Origin: Ramazzottius varieornatus
Lineage: Eukaryota; Animalia; Tardigrada
Assembly: GCA_001949185.1 (NCBI GenBank)
Contig: BDGG01000001.1
Location: forward strand, 1,920,478-1,984,477
DNA: 64,000 bases
Reading direction: 5' to 3'
Under the pieces are notes generated by a model, which made no database searches, was not told where the DNA came from, and worked only from the letters and a program-made list of their open reading frames with translations. The position numbers were made by a program, and so were the translations under genes. Positions 30,733 to 44,123 of this stretch are shown here, piece after piece (positions within the stretch are counted from its first letter, which is position 1; every line of letters starts with the position of its first letter).

Positions 30733-33700
30733 TCACCCTCGGTCGGGTTTCAACGACGTTTCGGCTTCCGATTCAGAAGGTATGCGAGGCAGAGTTCGAT
30801 CAGGAACCGTAAGACCGTGATGAAGACTTAGCGGACTGGTGTGCATGTCCTGAATCGATATGGAGTCCATGACGCTTTCAACATTGCTCTGTCGACTGGG
30901 TGAGGAACCGTAATCTGTGGAAACAACCATGGTCACGTCGCAGGACTATTCCGCACTAAGAAAATGGGAGACCGCCAAAGCGAATCGTTATCTTAAGTAA
31001 CGCATGGTTTCATTGTTATTGGCCCGGAGTGTGCGCCACTTAGGACAACGATCATCCGCGTCTTGCTTGTCGCCCTCCCAAATATTCTCACTAATGGTTT
31101 CCTGAGAGGGTTGGTCCGGTATGGATTCCAGTGGATGGGAAGAAGGCAAAGACTGATCGTCACTTCGGTGACCCGTGCGGCGGTCGCTGGTATTTGTGCC
31201 TTCGGATGACGGAGCCAGAGACGACATGTTATCGTAACTCGACGCTACAGAGCAACAGGAATAATTCATTTTGAGTTCAGGTAAATATTCGGCACTATGA
31301 AAAAATGGTAAGTTTCATACCGTCTGTGTCCGAGCCAACTTCAGAGACGCTGTCGGTCGAATTACCGTAAGTGGATTTGTTGGATATAACTGATAGTTCT
31401 GATTGCGTTCCAGAGCTTCCCGCTGAAGCTGAGACACAAAAGCGGCCACTAAATATTACTGGAAGAGACTGTTAAAGGAAGGAGGGTACTTACATCCACT
31501 CTGTTGTGAGGATCCGGTGCTGCTGGAATGTTCTGATCCGGCAGCCGGCGATCGAGCCGGTACAGGCGACAACATGCCGGACGGATCTTGATGGCGTCTG
31601 TTGGTATAATCGGCGATGATCTGCGAAGTATCCGACTGGACAGACGTCACTTCGATGACGACGGTTTGTGGTGGTCGAGGGTTCTGATAGCTGTCTGGAT
31701 GATCGGGATCGCAGCTCTCGGTGGAACCAACCGCGGAAGGAGCCAACGACGTGGCGGAGTTGGCTTCCGTCACGCCGGAGATCGCTGCGGTAGCTAGGTG
31801 CTTCTCTAGATGGTCTATGACGCCAGCGCCGGTACGATGATGGTCCATTGTTGTGGCAGAGGATGGACGTGAAAGGGAAGGTGGCTTACCGTAGTTGCTG
31901 GAACCTTGCGAACCATCCGCTGAAAAGTCAAACATATTTCATCGTACTATTCTAAAGGACCTGGTCTAATCGTTACAGGAAAATCCTACCTCCAGGCTCG
32001 GAATGTCCCAAAGAAGACCTATAGCTGGATTCTTCGCTAGGCACACTGTGAATATGCATATTTGTGGAGGAGTTCCGATGGAGATCTTTAAAGAGAACAT
32101 CATAAAGTACAATCACAAGCGGGTTTCGATCATTGGGGAAATCTACAAACGAAGTCGACCAAGTTGTTTTTCCAGTGGCGCACGTTGTCAGTGAGTTTTA
32201 CTGACAGCATGCGCCACTTGGAAAAACGATCTGGTCGAGTTTGATTGCCGAGCATTCATATCTAGACACAATGGATCTTCTTACTTGTGCTGGCGTGATG
32301 GTGCTCCTCGCTGGTAGTCGGTCGCACTTTGTGCAGTTCTTCTGACGAGGCTGCTTTGACGACACGCTGCTTGAAGATCTCACTTCGCATGGAAGCCGCA
32401 TCTTTTCGTATCTGCTCATTATCATGGCTAGCCAAGTATTCGTTGGTCCTCCGTAGAGGACTCCTTTCAGGACTATGACTCGGTATTGTATCTGTGGTAG
32501 GCTCAACAGCTCGTCCCTCTTCAGCTACGCTACCGACCAGCGAGGATGGTCGGGTGCTATCATCGACCAATTGGGCAGCTTTGATAATGTCGGCGGTGAG
32601 TGCCGAAGGTCGTTCCGCATACTCAGTCTCATCGAAAGGTTCGGCATTACCCGGTGGAAAGTTCTCCACACTAGCAGATGGAGGCAGTTCGTCCTCAGCT
32701 CGCGCCGTTGACTGCAGCACAGCTTCCTGGTCGCGTCGAGTGGGTGATCGCGCATCAGTCTTGGAGTAGTGGCGGATAGTTTGATCACCGACGTTGGTCT
32801 TGTCCACCGAAAAGTGGATCTTACTCCTACGTGTGGTATGGGCAATATACTCGGTGCTGGGCACGCGGTTGGTGTCGTGCGGGCCGTCGAGTCCCACGTC
32901 GCTGTCCGACTCATCCAGCGCCTTCAGTTCTTCCTCGTTCAGGCGGACCAGGCCACTGGGTGTGTAGTACGGTTCCTGGTGTCCGCTATCGACAGGCGAC
33001 AACACGGTGGGAGAAGCTTTAGGGCTCTGTTTGGAACTCAACGCTGGACTTCGTGTGGGACTCTGGCTGGGGGATAAGCCTCGAGCACTGCTGGTGGGGC
33101 TCAGTGCGCGACTTTGCGGCAGACTGTCCTCGGGCGACGATGGCGGACTATGCGGGCCATTTGGAGTAGTACCTGGGGTTGCTGCCGCAGTTTGCGTGGG
33201 ACTTGGCGTACGAGCAGGATCCCGACTGACTGTGGGGCTGTGGGTCGGACTTGCTACCGCACTCGCAGCGGGACTGCCCATAGGCGTCGGCGAAGTACTG
33301 TGCGTAGGACTGGGTGCCCTACTGTCAGCTGCACTATGAGTAGGACTTGGTGGCACACTTTGCACAGGAGTACCTCCTGGCACTGGGCTTGGTGTGGGAC
33401 TATGGTGGGGAGATAAATTACTGGTACTGTGTGTAGGGCTCAATCCACCACTTTGTGGATAGTCTTCAGCCAAAGGCTGGGGATCCTGTGAAGGACTGGG
33501 AGTACGAGATGACTTATCGCTGTCAGGAGGAGTCGGCACATGACTGTGAGTAGGACTGTGGTCGGGAGACAGAAGCTTGGGGCTGTTGGAAAGACTCGGC
33601 GGTCGACTTTGAGGTGGACTATGCCGAGACGACGCTGGAGGATCCCGTGAAGGACTCGCAGTGCGAGAAGGCGTGAGACTTCCTGTTGGACTTTGATTAG

Positions 33701-36700
33701 GACTTGGTCCTACACTTGGGGCTTCGCTTCTAGGAGGCGACTGCGCATGACTTTGTGTGGGGCTGTGGCTGGGTGACAGATGCCTGGGGCTGTTGGTGGG
33801 ACTTCGGGGTGGACTTGCAGTTCGAGAAGGCGCTGGCCTATGGGCAGCGCTGGGTCCTGGGCTGTGACCGGGACTGCCAGCAGGCGTCGGCAATGGACTG
33901 CCTGTTGGTGCAGGTACTGGACTCTGTGTACTACTTTGCTGGGGACTATGAGTAGGACTAGCTGTCCTACTGGGAGTGGCGCTGTTCGTGGGACTTCCCG
34001 CTAGACCGGGTGGTCGGCTCTGTTGTGAACTTTGAGCAGCACCTGCTCCTTCCCTCTCTTCCGGGTGGATCATGCCGGGCGGAGCTGTACCCCAGTGCTC
34101 GTTCGGCGGGTGGACGTGGATGGTTGGTATTTCCTGTTGCTGTTGGTCCTGGCGAAATTCCGTGCGCGAGGCAGTTGGCGAAGGTTGGCGGGAGTGAAGG
34201 GGCGAAGCTTCGCGAGAAGGATGAGAGGAAATTTGACCCGAGGTTACCGGTGAAGCTTGATCAGAAGGCAGTGGTGAAGGTGGGTGCGAGGAAGTAGGCG
34301 ACGCTTGTCTCGACATGCCGGGTGAAGCTTGGTGAGATGTGACTGGTGAAGGCTCACGTGAAGGAGTGGGTGAAGCTCGCTGAGAATGCATTGGCGAACC
34401 TTGATGGGATGCCACGGGTGAAGCGTGGTAAGATGCCAGCGGAGAAGCTTGAGGGGAAGCCATAGGTGATGCCGGTCTCGACTGTGCAGGCGAAGCTGGT
34501 CTGGACTGTGTTGGTGAAGCTTGCCGGCTTTGATGGTCTTGCAAGTCGACGGTGGATTCTCCCGTTGAAAAGTCTTGTTTGCGGGCGATCTTCACTGAAT
34601 GCGGAAGAATATGACTTTTGGCTTCTTGGCCATACCCAGAAGGCGAACGAGATCGTGGTGTGTTGGAGGGCCGAGAAGGACCTTCAGCTTGACCGTGCTG
34701 AAGCGATCGAGAAGCTTCGGTATTTAACGAGTAAGTGGGACTTTGTGAGGGCGAACGCCGATCGAAACCCGAAGGTGAGACAGAGCGCGAGGTCCTCGAC
34801 GAGCTTGAGCGAATGGAATTATGGGATCGGTCTGGGAACGCAGCCAGGGCCCGCGACGAACCTGTCAGAAAAGAGATTCAAGTTCCACACCGAATGACAC
34901 TGTCGCAGAGTGGTTCTAGTCACCTTCGAAAGAACGGAAACGATTGCTTTTTTCCGTCGGTTGCGCTATATTCTCGATCATAGCCGCGAAGGAGTGCGCG
35001 TGCGCTCCTCGACTAATCAAGTGTGGTTGATGTCCCTGAGTCTTTCCTCCATCGTAATCATAGTGACCTCCTTGCCAGGGTTTCGGCGGAGGTGGGAGAC
35101 CGTACAACGGACGCTCGGTCTCTCCCCGTAGAATATGCGGATGAGCTTGCAGAATCTTGGACCTTGACAACTCCAGTGGCGTGAATCCGGAGGGCAACTT
35201 TTTTTCACCTAAGAATGACTATTGTGTCCAAACCAGATCGAAAGCGCCCGTTTATCATGTTTTCAGATGATGAATTTACCTGTTTTTGACTTCCTAATAT
35301 ACGACAGGCCAGAAAATCTGACGCACAGGAATGCTATCCCAAGTGGCGCACGATTCTAGGCAGCATCAATGGACACATGCGCCACTCGATCAGATCGCTT
35401 TACCAAGTGGCGCAAAGCGCCGATCAATAACAATGGAAAAGTGCACAGCTTGAGATAACAATCTTGGGTGTTTCGATGGCCGACCTTGTTAGTTTTACTT
35501 TCCTATTTTTAGTTGAATCAGTTAGTTTATGTTTTAGATCTTGTTTGGTTTCATGTACCCGAAAGCAGGTTCGTGACCGGAATTAGTGGGTCTACTGTCG
35601 GCGCGTTGTACGGCCATCGGATGGTTTCTGTGGAGGTAACCTCCAAACTGCTTTGCGAAGGAGACAGATTTAGGTCTGAGTAGGCCGACGGATACTCGCG
35701 CAGTTCGGCATCACCAACGGCTTCGTCTACGACATCTTCGGCGAAGTTGCGGACAGAATCGCTGACCGGCATGTCCATGCTGGAGGCCCCTTCAGGGAAC
35801 TGGCTGGAGTTCACTGAGAAGTCCATGTCGCTTTCCGGATGGTGCAAAGCGTAGTTGGACAGCGAGCTGGCTTCCTCTTGGCGATCAAACTGGAGGTCGC
35901 TGGGGGAGCTACCGTTAACCTGAGGATAGTGCAGACCGTGCGATGGATGAATGTGACTGTAATCACTCTGGTCTTCCCTCTCACCTGAAACGTCGCCATC
36001 GATTAAGACCATGCACAAAGCCGAAACATTATCCTCCCGTTTTGATATTCGTTTCAAAATTTTGATTGACCTACCTTGATCGTGTTCTTCGTAAGCGTCA
36101 TCCCAGATAGCATTGGTGATATCCTTGGCCCAAATGTCTTCCATTCTGTCAGCTAGTTCCTCAGCTTCCAATGTTATCCTTCTTATCACTTCTTCGGCTT
36201 CCTCAATGGAGTCAACGCTCGACGAAGGACTGACTGCCACCACCTCGGCCTTATCTTGTGAGACACTACTGTGTGCGCTGTGCGAGCTTTGTACGCTCTG
36301 TACGCTTTGTGCACTGGGTACACCGTGAACAGCATGCGCAAGATGGCTGGTCGGTTCTTCCATGAAGTTGGCGTACGTGCCACCTTCTCTCACTGCGTAC
36401 ACCGACACCGCCACATCAATCTTCTCTTGCGGCCAGCTGGTCTTTCCAGGCTCCTTTGTAGTCGCCGACTTCAGTAGATTTTGTCGAGACTTTACTTGGG
36501 GAGGGGACTTCTCGGCGCCATGCGAAGCTTCATCTGGAAAAAGAACGATGCATTACGTTTAGTCAGTCTTCTATTGAATAATTTGGGAGTATCGTCCAAG
36601 ATCGTGTTCTTCAGTGGCGCACGTTTCCATCTAATAGCAACTAGGAGGTGCGCCACTTGAGATGAGAAACTTGTTCGTCTTCTCCACCGGCTTCCCTATC

Positions 36701-39700
36701 TCTTTCGCTGGAAGATCACTTTGAAAATTTTCTACGATGTTCTCACCTTTATACTGGTCCAGTAAGGCTTCTAGCAATTCCAGCGTCTCCTTATGTTCCT
36801 CACTATTGGGGTCCTTGGGCAACTGCCGATGCGGACTATGTCCGTCCCGGCTTCCCGCAGGCGCCTTACGCGGCGATTTACCGCGGCTCTTTGCTGGTGA
36901 CTGCCGCGAAGCGTCTTCAGGATGATCTTTAGCGTACAAGTCCAAAAAGTCATCCAGCAGGGCCCCCGCCACGTCATGAGTACTGGACTTGGCCGACAGC
37001 GCACTCAAATGCGAAGCGGCAGCTCGAAGTGAATGATCACTTTGAGACGAAGGTACGACGAGCGGAATATGATGCGGATGGAGGAAACCATCGTCTTCGG
37101 ACTTTTTCCGCTGCTGCTGCAAATGGGACGTACTCTTGGCTTGTTTCACACCGACATGACTGACAACGGGATGGAGGTTTCGGTCACTCTTTGCGCCTTG
37201 GACATTGTGACTTTCGGCACGAAGCTGAAGATGCAGACCGGCTGTCAAGATCTCGCTCAGCGCTTCGTGGATGTCGTGTTTATGATGGGCCGACGAGCTG
37301 AAACCTTTGCCTGAACTGCTGGAACTCGGGACCTGCTGGAGACTTCGAGTGGGTGACACATTACGGCTGGAAGGTCTCATTTCACCGAGGATGTCTCGAA
37401 GTAAGGCGCCGGCGGCGTCGAGAAGTGGAGAGCGATGCTCGGCGTGAGACTCGACGCTCGGTGTGATGATTGTAATCTTCTGATGGATTTCTTCGTGGAT
37501 GTGTTTGTGGGAAGGTTGGGCAGAGTGAGCACCGGCAGGAATGCGGGGAATGAGATGGTCACTTGCAACAGGGCTGTGCCCAGGCTTGTGGTCACGCCGG
37601 CCAGGGCTGTGCTGCTTGTCCGGTTCGTGCCTCACTTGCGCTCTTCTCCCCTCTTCAGGGCCGTGCCTCGGTGAAGTTCCCTTGGGTTTCTCGTCCTTCT
37701 TTCTGGACCTTGACCTGTGTCGTGGCATCTCCAAAGAGTCAACCATACTTGGTATACCCAGTACTTGATCGCGGTAACGACCGTGACTGGGTGTGACGTC
37801 CGTGAAAGTGTAATGATGGTCAGCATACGCTTCGTCAAGAGGTGATTTCGAGCGGCCCTTGGGCTTCGCATGACCGGCATCGAGGTATTGGCCGTCGTGC
37901 GGGTTTTCTTGACGATGTTTCGACGAAGACTTGCCTTCTTCTCGCAAAGTAATGTCAGCTCGGGAAGGTACGTCCATCAGACTGGGCACCGAGTGAAGGT
38001 CCTGGCGGGGGCTGTGGTAGCCAGAGGCTGCCTGACCATGTGACGGATCCATGACATAGGATGGCACATCCATCACGGCTCGCGATGCGTGAAGATCGTG
38101 GCGGGAAGGATTAGCCTGTGTCTGATGGTGACCGTCACGATCTTTGGGTTTTCGGTGTTTGCCTGGAGTGGGTTGTGGTGTATCAGTGGTATGGGGTATG
38201 TGGGAAATGTGATGGCCGCTTGGGTCTTGGTCAGTCTGTGGAGAAGGATGGTGCTGGCGTGGAGTACTAGGAAGGTTGTCGGTTAAAGAATCTTTGTGGC
38301 CAGGTTGAGCATTCGAGATGTGGTGACCGCCGTCATCGTGGTCTCCGCCGTCTCGATGGCGAGAAGCCAAACGGGAAGGATCTTGTCCGTGAGAAGGAGC
38401 CATGGCATAGGAAGAACTGGTATCTGGCCCGTCGTCGGCAGTGTGACTAATGTAGGGAGGAACATCTAACACGCCTTCCGAAGTATGCAGCTCTAAAGTG
38501 AAAAACATTCATGGAGCAAAAAACTAACAGGAAAGGACACAAACTCGCCAAGTTCGTTTTCCTAAAGTGGCGCACTTTTCAACTGTTACTGGCCGAATGC
38601 CTGCGCCACTTGCTAAAAGAATCTGATCAAATTTGTTTCGAGGTTAGAGAGTTATATCTTACCGTCATGCTCTTCTTCGTCGTCGTATCCTCGTCTTATA
38701 GCCGATGAAGTGGCTGAAGGTGTGGCTTGCTTTTCATCGACCCGATGCATGCTCATTCTACCCAAGGGCCGAGGCGGTACGGGACTGTCAAGCATGGTTC
38801 GAGAATCCGATGGCTTCTTGAAATCGTTAGCGTAAGCCATAACGTGAGGCACACGTCCCCTTTCGCGCTTCTCACCCTTCCTCAACGGTGGCATGGGTTT
38901 CAGGGCTTGGGCGATGACGTCCAGGAACCTGTCGGAGGGTTCGCGAGTAGCTCGGTATGGACGCTGCCCGATGATGTAACGCGGACTTTCGAGCTCTTTC
39001 GGTAAACTCTGTTCTTGAAATTCGATGTATCTGTAAGACAAAAAAGATGTCCTTTACTCAGTTCCCAACGTCAAATAATACGAGAGGAAGTCAGATTTGT
39101 TCGTATTTGGGTTCGAATGTTACGTCGTGTAAAAACGGATTTCATACAGATTTTTTGTCTACGAATCTTTCCGCCGAAATTTGTAGCACCGAATAACGGT
39201 ACTCTGTTCAATGATTACCTGTCATGGCGACGTTGAGCCTTCTCGAGCATTTTCTCCTGGATTTCCCTGCGACGCATATCATCTTCCCTCATTTGACGAA
39301 GTCGGCGCTCATTGACTCGTCGGAACTGCAGATGACGACGGTGTTCGCGTTTTTCCCTCCTGGCTCGCTGCTGTGCCCCGTACCGCTCCAGCCTAATGGC
39401 TTCCCTCTCCTCGTACTCCCACAAGAACTGCTGGCGACGGTGTTGGAACATGTGGGCGTTGTATTGGTTGTTGGTGTTACGAATGAAGCGGTTCTGGTTA
39501 TCCCGCAAGTTCATCAGCCATTCTTGCTTCTGCATCACGCGGACCATCAGGTATTCTTGCAGTTCCTCGTAGTCTAGCTTGCCGACTTTGGCCAAGTCGC
39601 GGAACAGATCTTCCTCCTCACCGGTCCCACCAACCAAACCTATGAAAACGATGGAAAAGAAAGTCCTTCTCGGTTGAAAGAAAACGGAATTGGAATGAAA

Positions 39701-42700
39701 AGTCTGTAAACTGGACCATAAAACAAGTTTTCACGATGACTTGTCAAAGAGGCTTCTACAGTATATGCCATCCACTCTTCCAGTTGAGCCATTTTTCTAC
39801 GATTACTCTATCAAACAATTGAACTAGTAAAAAAAAGTGGGACGTACTCATGAGTTCGCCAAACAGTCCTTCCAACTCCCGTCTTTTCCGCACGCTGTTG
39901 AACAGTTCTCTCTGAAGGCGTGACAGTTCTTTCTGCCAGAGGGTGTACTCTTTCAACGGTACGTTGACTCTACAGTCCGCGTTGATCAGCTTTTGATGCC
40001 GCAGCAGCTTCCTGACCAGCGGACTCTCCAGGAACTGGGCCGCTTGTTCATCCAACAGAATGTTGTAAGGGAGGATGTGCTGTGCAGCAGGACCTGCCCT
40101 GTTGTCAAACTCCAGGTTGCCTCTGTAAGGTGGAATCAGCGGCTCACCCAGTCCCACGGAAGGCAAGGCTCTCGTGGGATCCCAGTACATGTACGGCTCG
40201 TCTTTGTAGCCGTACAAACAGTCGCCACAAACCTTTGAGAAAGCCAACAGAATTTGATGAACAACACTCGTACAAAAAATCAGTTTTATAATATTAGTTT
40301 TCTTTGAATGATACCCACGCAGACATACTCGACAAGATCGTTTCTCTAAGAGGCGCACAGTTCCAGTTAATAACACCGAAAGCATGAGCCACTTGAAAAA
40401 ATCGAACTCGACAACATCGTTTTTCTAAGTGGCGCACGTTCTCAGCCAAGAACACTGAGAGCGTGCGCCACTTGCGACAAAAATCCCGTCTAGTTCGTTG
40501 GCCTAGCTCGAAATCTGTTATGTTGCATTTGCTTTCGTTCCATACCTTTCCCCGGGCGGCGCCCGGTGGTCGTACAGGCGGTACCATGTACAGTGGAGCA
40601 CAGCCTTCGGCGCTGTGTCGTCGTCGTTGAGACGTGGAATGGGTTGGGGATCGATGGCTGGTGGCACTCCGAGTTAGTCTTGTGTTACTGGAGGCAGTCC
40701 GATCGAGCACGTCAGAAGCTGCGTCTTCCGAAGCCATATCCGCCAGGTAATTCTCGGCTTCCTGGTAGAATTCAGTGAGTGAAGGCAAAGCTTCTTCGGC
40801 ATTTTCCTCGTCGAGCTCGTGGTCGGCTTCTTCGACAGCTTCTTCCACAATTTCATCGGCCTTTTCTGTGAGAAAAACGTAGAAGAAGCGTCAGTTGAAA
40901 CTTCGTGCTTTGCGCCGTATCAACTACATGCCGTTATCTTCAGAAACTTTTCTTCGAAAGGAGAAACGAAACGAACGAAGTACACTGGAATGGTCGAGCT
41001 ACTTTGTCAATCTTCCGTTGAAACTCGATACCGATTTTGTGATATCAGAAATGTTTCACCTTTGAGTTGTGAGAGGATGGACTCTTGAGAAGTCGCAGAC
41101 TTGAACTGGGTTTGGCTTCCCCGGGTAACGGAGGCTACTTTGGCCAGCGGTGCTTTAGCCGGACTGACGGTGGTCACTGGGTCCATCGGACCTTTCTTTG
41201 GAGGTACCTGCTTGCCTGGTTTCTTCATGGGTGTCAGGACTTTCTTGACTGGGCGTGGTGTCATGATGATGTTCTGGCTGGAGGTGGACGCGACAGGTTC
41301 CTTTTGAGGCGGTGGCGGAGGCGGTACGTACGTGGCCGGTAGCGGATAGCGTGTGCAGCTCAGCATGGAGCGAGGCACTTGTTCGGTACCATCTGCGTCC
41401 ACTTTGTAGAAACACGTGGCCTCATCGGTCAGCAGTGGACCTAGAAATGGCCCACCTTCCATACCACTCATGAGTCGGAAGAGAATGCAGGCTATGACGT
41501 ACCGGTTCTTTGGAGGCGGTCTTCGACGGTCGTTTGTCGGAAGGTAGTTCGGGATGGTGGTAAAGGAATTTGGTTTTTGGTTTCTGGAATGGAGGACTCA
41601 AACGACTGATCTTTCGGAGGCGCCTTGTTCTTTGACGAAGGTGCTATAAACACAAAACCATGTCAGCAACGCCAAAATTCCATCTCGCGCAGCGAATCAA
41701 TATCCGTTCCAGGGAAAGGCCAAAAGACGTATCTGACGTACCTCGAATTGCTTTCGTCGTAAACGTTGGCGCAGGCTGAGCCTCGTCCGATCTGGCGGTA
41801 GGCGGCTTGCTGGCGTCTGTAAAAAGAAACACTCTTCAACCGAACGACATGCTATAGGTAGAATACAGTTTCACCAGGGCTTACCGGCAGCACTAGGTTT
41901 AGTACTGGGTACCAAAGGTGTACTTCGCTTTTGCGTCTTTCCATGTAAAAAAGGGTCGCTGCGAGGAGCTGTCTGAGATGGATAAGCGGAAGGGCCGTCT
42001 TGCCCAGAGGTTTCCCGTTCCGCGCCGTAGTCCCTCTTTGGCGACAGCCGCGGAGCCGAGTCTTGAGGCACGGCTTTCGAAGACTTCGTCCGCTCTTGCG
42101 TCTTCTCCTGCAGCGACTGGTCGCTACGTGGCGTCAATTGTGCCTGACGAGTGATCGCAGCATCTTGTCGCGAGCTTGGGCGTTGGGCGCTTTGCTCTGT
42201 CTTTGGCTGCGCCATCTGGCGCGGTGACTGTTGGGCTGCAGTCTGCTTCTGCGTATTCTTATGCGGGGAAGGGTCGCTGCGCGGAGTCGGTTGGGCCTGA
42301 CCAGTGGGAGTGACATCCTGCCTCGGGTCTTCGCGCTCGGCACTGTTGTCCCTCTTCGGCTGCGACAAGCCATGAACGGAATCTTGGGCCGCAGTTCGCT
42401 TCTGCGTCTTGTCCTGTAAGGTAGCGTCGCTGCGATGACCTGCCTGAGGCTGGTGAGAGGGCGAAACATCTTGCCGCTCGGCACTGTAGTCTCTCTTTGG
42501 TTGAGATAACCAATGGACCGACTCTTGTAGGAACTTTGCCAACTTTCCGGCGCTTTCCCTCGAAGAAGCTACTTGAGCCAATGACTTTCGTTTCGGCACT
42601 TCAGCTGAGCTGACCGTTGATGGTACTGCAGTTGGCACAGCTTTCTTGCTTGTGACGATGGTTGGCTCGGCAGCTCTGTCTACAGATTTCTCACCTGTCA

Positions 42701-44123
42701 CATAAAAAATGTGCTAAAAACTTCAAGGTGAAACTGGAGATGGCTGAAGCTTACGTCCAACAGTTTCAAATGTCTTTGGATGAAGTTCTTCTGCGGAGGC
42801 ATCAGGCATCAAGTAAGCAGAGTCAGTCCTCTCAATCTCCGACATCACAGCATTCAGTATGGAATTGGCTTCGGCTGAAACGAAGAAAGCTAAGTATTGT
42901 TCGCCATTATCGCCCAACGTCCATCACACCACATGGACTGAAGTACTGACCAACAGTGGTGGTGCTCGCAGCCGCAAGACTCGGTGGTTCTTCCAAGAGC
43001 TTGCTGCTGCCCGATTGTCCAAGGGCAGTGATACTGTCTCGAAGAAGCTTATTGGCTCGTTCTATAGCCCAAACAGCGCAAAAAAAATATGGAGAGAGAA
43101 CGGCCAAAAATAAAGTTCGGGAGCCCACTGCGAGACAGAAAAGTCACGTACGTACCAATCACCGATTTGCTGGAGCTTTTGTGGGCCGTAAGTGCCTTTT
43201 CGCTACTAACTTTGGCCAGAGGGGCAGCACTTTCGCCCACGAATTTGCTGGCATTTCCTGCATTTTAAAAAACCCGTCTGACTGAAAACAATGGGACAAG
43301 AAAGAGCGGTGCTGCCGTACCGGCGACGGATTTCTCAGCGCTCTCATGAGGCAAAACCCGTCCCTGCTGAGTTGACGGCTTCTTGGGAGGCGAAGCAACG
43401 GCGGCAGCGCTCCCACGAAGCAATGCAATGTCATTTTCTGCAATGCAAAACAAATGCTGTTTCCGCAATGAGTGCTCAGAGGTGTCCAGAAAGGCAACCG
43501 CCCAACTTTTGAAGGGGAATTCGTGCTGTACCTGTGGCGGATTTTCTGGAGCTTCTCTTGGCAGTAACCTCGTATATGGAGCTGGCTGACGGTACAGATG
43601 TAGTGGATGGAACATTGTGTACTGAGGAATTGGTACCAACACCTGTAATGGCAACATTGCTTCATATGTAAGATTTTCCGTGGAAAAAATTTTACAGCTT
43701 ACCCAAAGAGTTCCTGACCGCAGTATCCTCAACTGATCGCAAGCGAGTGAGGGAATAATTCGAGTCCTCATTGGCGCGATCCACCAGCTCATGGATAAGT
43801 GCACTGGCATTACCAGCTACACCTAATAAAGATGTAGAAAAATGTAGACTGCAGTCCCTGCTTGTCCAAGGGAATACAGTACTACCACTCAAAATGAAGT
43901 GCGACTTACTCCGAAGGGATTCTCTCGAATCTTGCTGTAAGTTAGTGGAAGAACTTGCGTCGAGCCAAGTCTCGTCAAAGCTTTTTCCTTTAGGCTTGGA
44001 TAAGCGTTCGACGGAGTTTTGCAAAAGCGGATGTAATTTCCCGGAGCTTTTGCTGTGGACGGGTGGAGTGGCTTCCTTGGATCTGGCCTGTGACTTCCGG
44101 GTAGTCAACGCGTCCTTACTCAT
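30733..44123 (-). CDS. Giant, mostly disordered Ser/Pro/His-rich protein with an FSIP2-like segment and coiled coil; 5' end and single-gene status uncertain
   Basis: Chain of long minus-strand ORFs bounded by GT/AG (e.g. 32262-34595, 35551-36414, 36631-38508, 38652-39041, 39215-39637, 39850-40213, 41007-41471, 41871-42701, 43692-44123). Shared LSxPK repeats link the 43.9-kb and 42-kb exons. Confidence 0.55.
30965..31073. repeat. Palindromic element copy 11 (intron of giant gene)
   Basis: aagtaacgcat ggtttcattgttattggcccggagt gtgcgccacttaggacaacgatc. Confidence 0.75.
32146..32253. repeat. Palindromic element copy 12 (intron)
   Basis: caaacgaagtcgacc...cagtggcgcac...atgcgccacttggaaaaacgatctggtcgagtttg. 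Confidence 0.88.
35307..35484. repeat. Palindromic element copy 13, double unit (intron)
   Basis: caagtggcgcac...atgcgccactc, then caagtggcgcaa...gtgcacagcttg. Confidence 0.82.
36583..36690. repeat. Palindromic element copy 14 (intron)
   Basis: caagatcgtgttcttcagtggcgcac...gtgcgccacttgag. Confidence 0.82.
38534..38642. repeat. Palindromic element copy 15 (intron)
   Basis: caaactcgccaagttcgttttcctaaagtggcgcac...ctgcgccacttgc. Confidence 0.85.
40318..40507. repeat. Palindromic element copy 16, double unit (intron)
   Basis: actcgacaagatcg...aagaggcgcac...atgagccacttg, then actcgacaacatcg...aagtggcgcac-N25-gtgcgccacttg. Confidence 0.9.

Noticed and set aside
30733-44123. Known tardigrade tolerance proteins (Dsup, CAHS, SAHS, MAHS)
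   Set aside because: No recognisable motifs from these families; only generic disorder.
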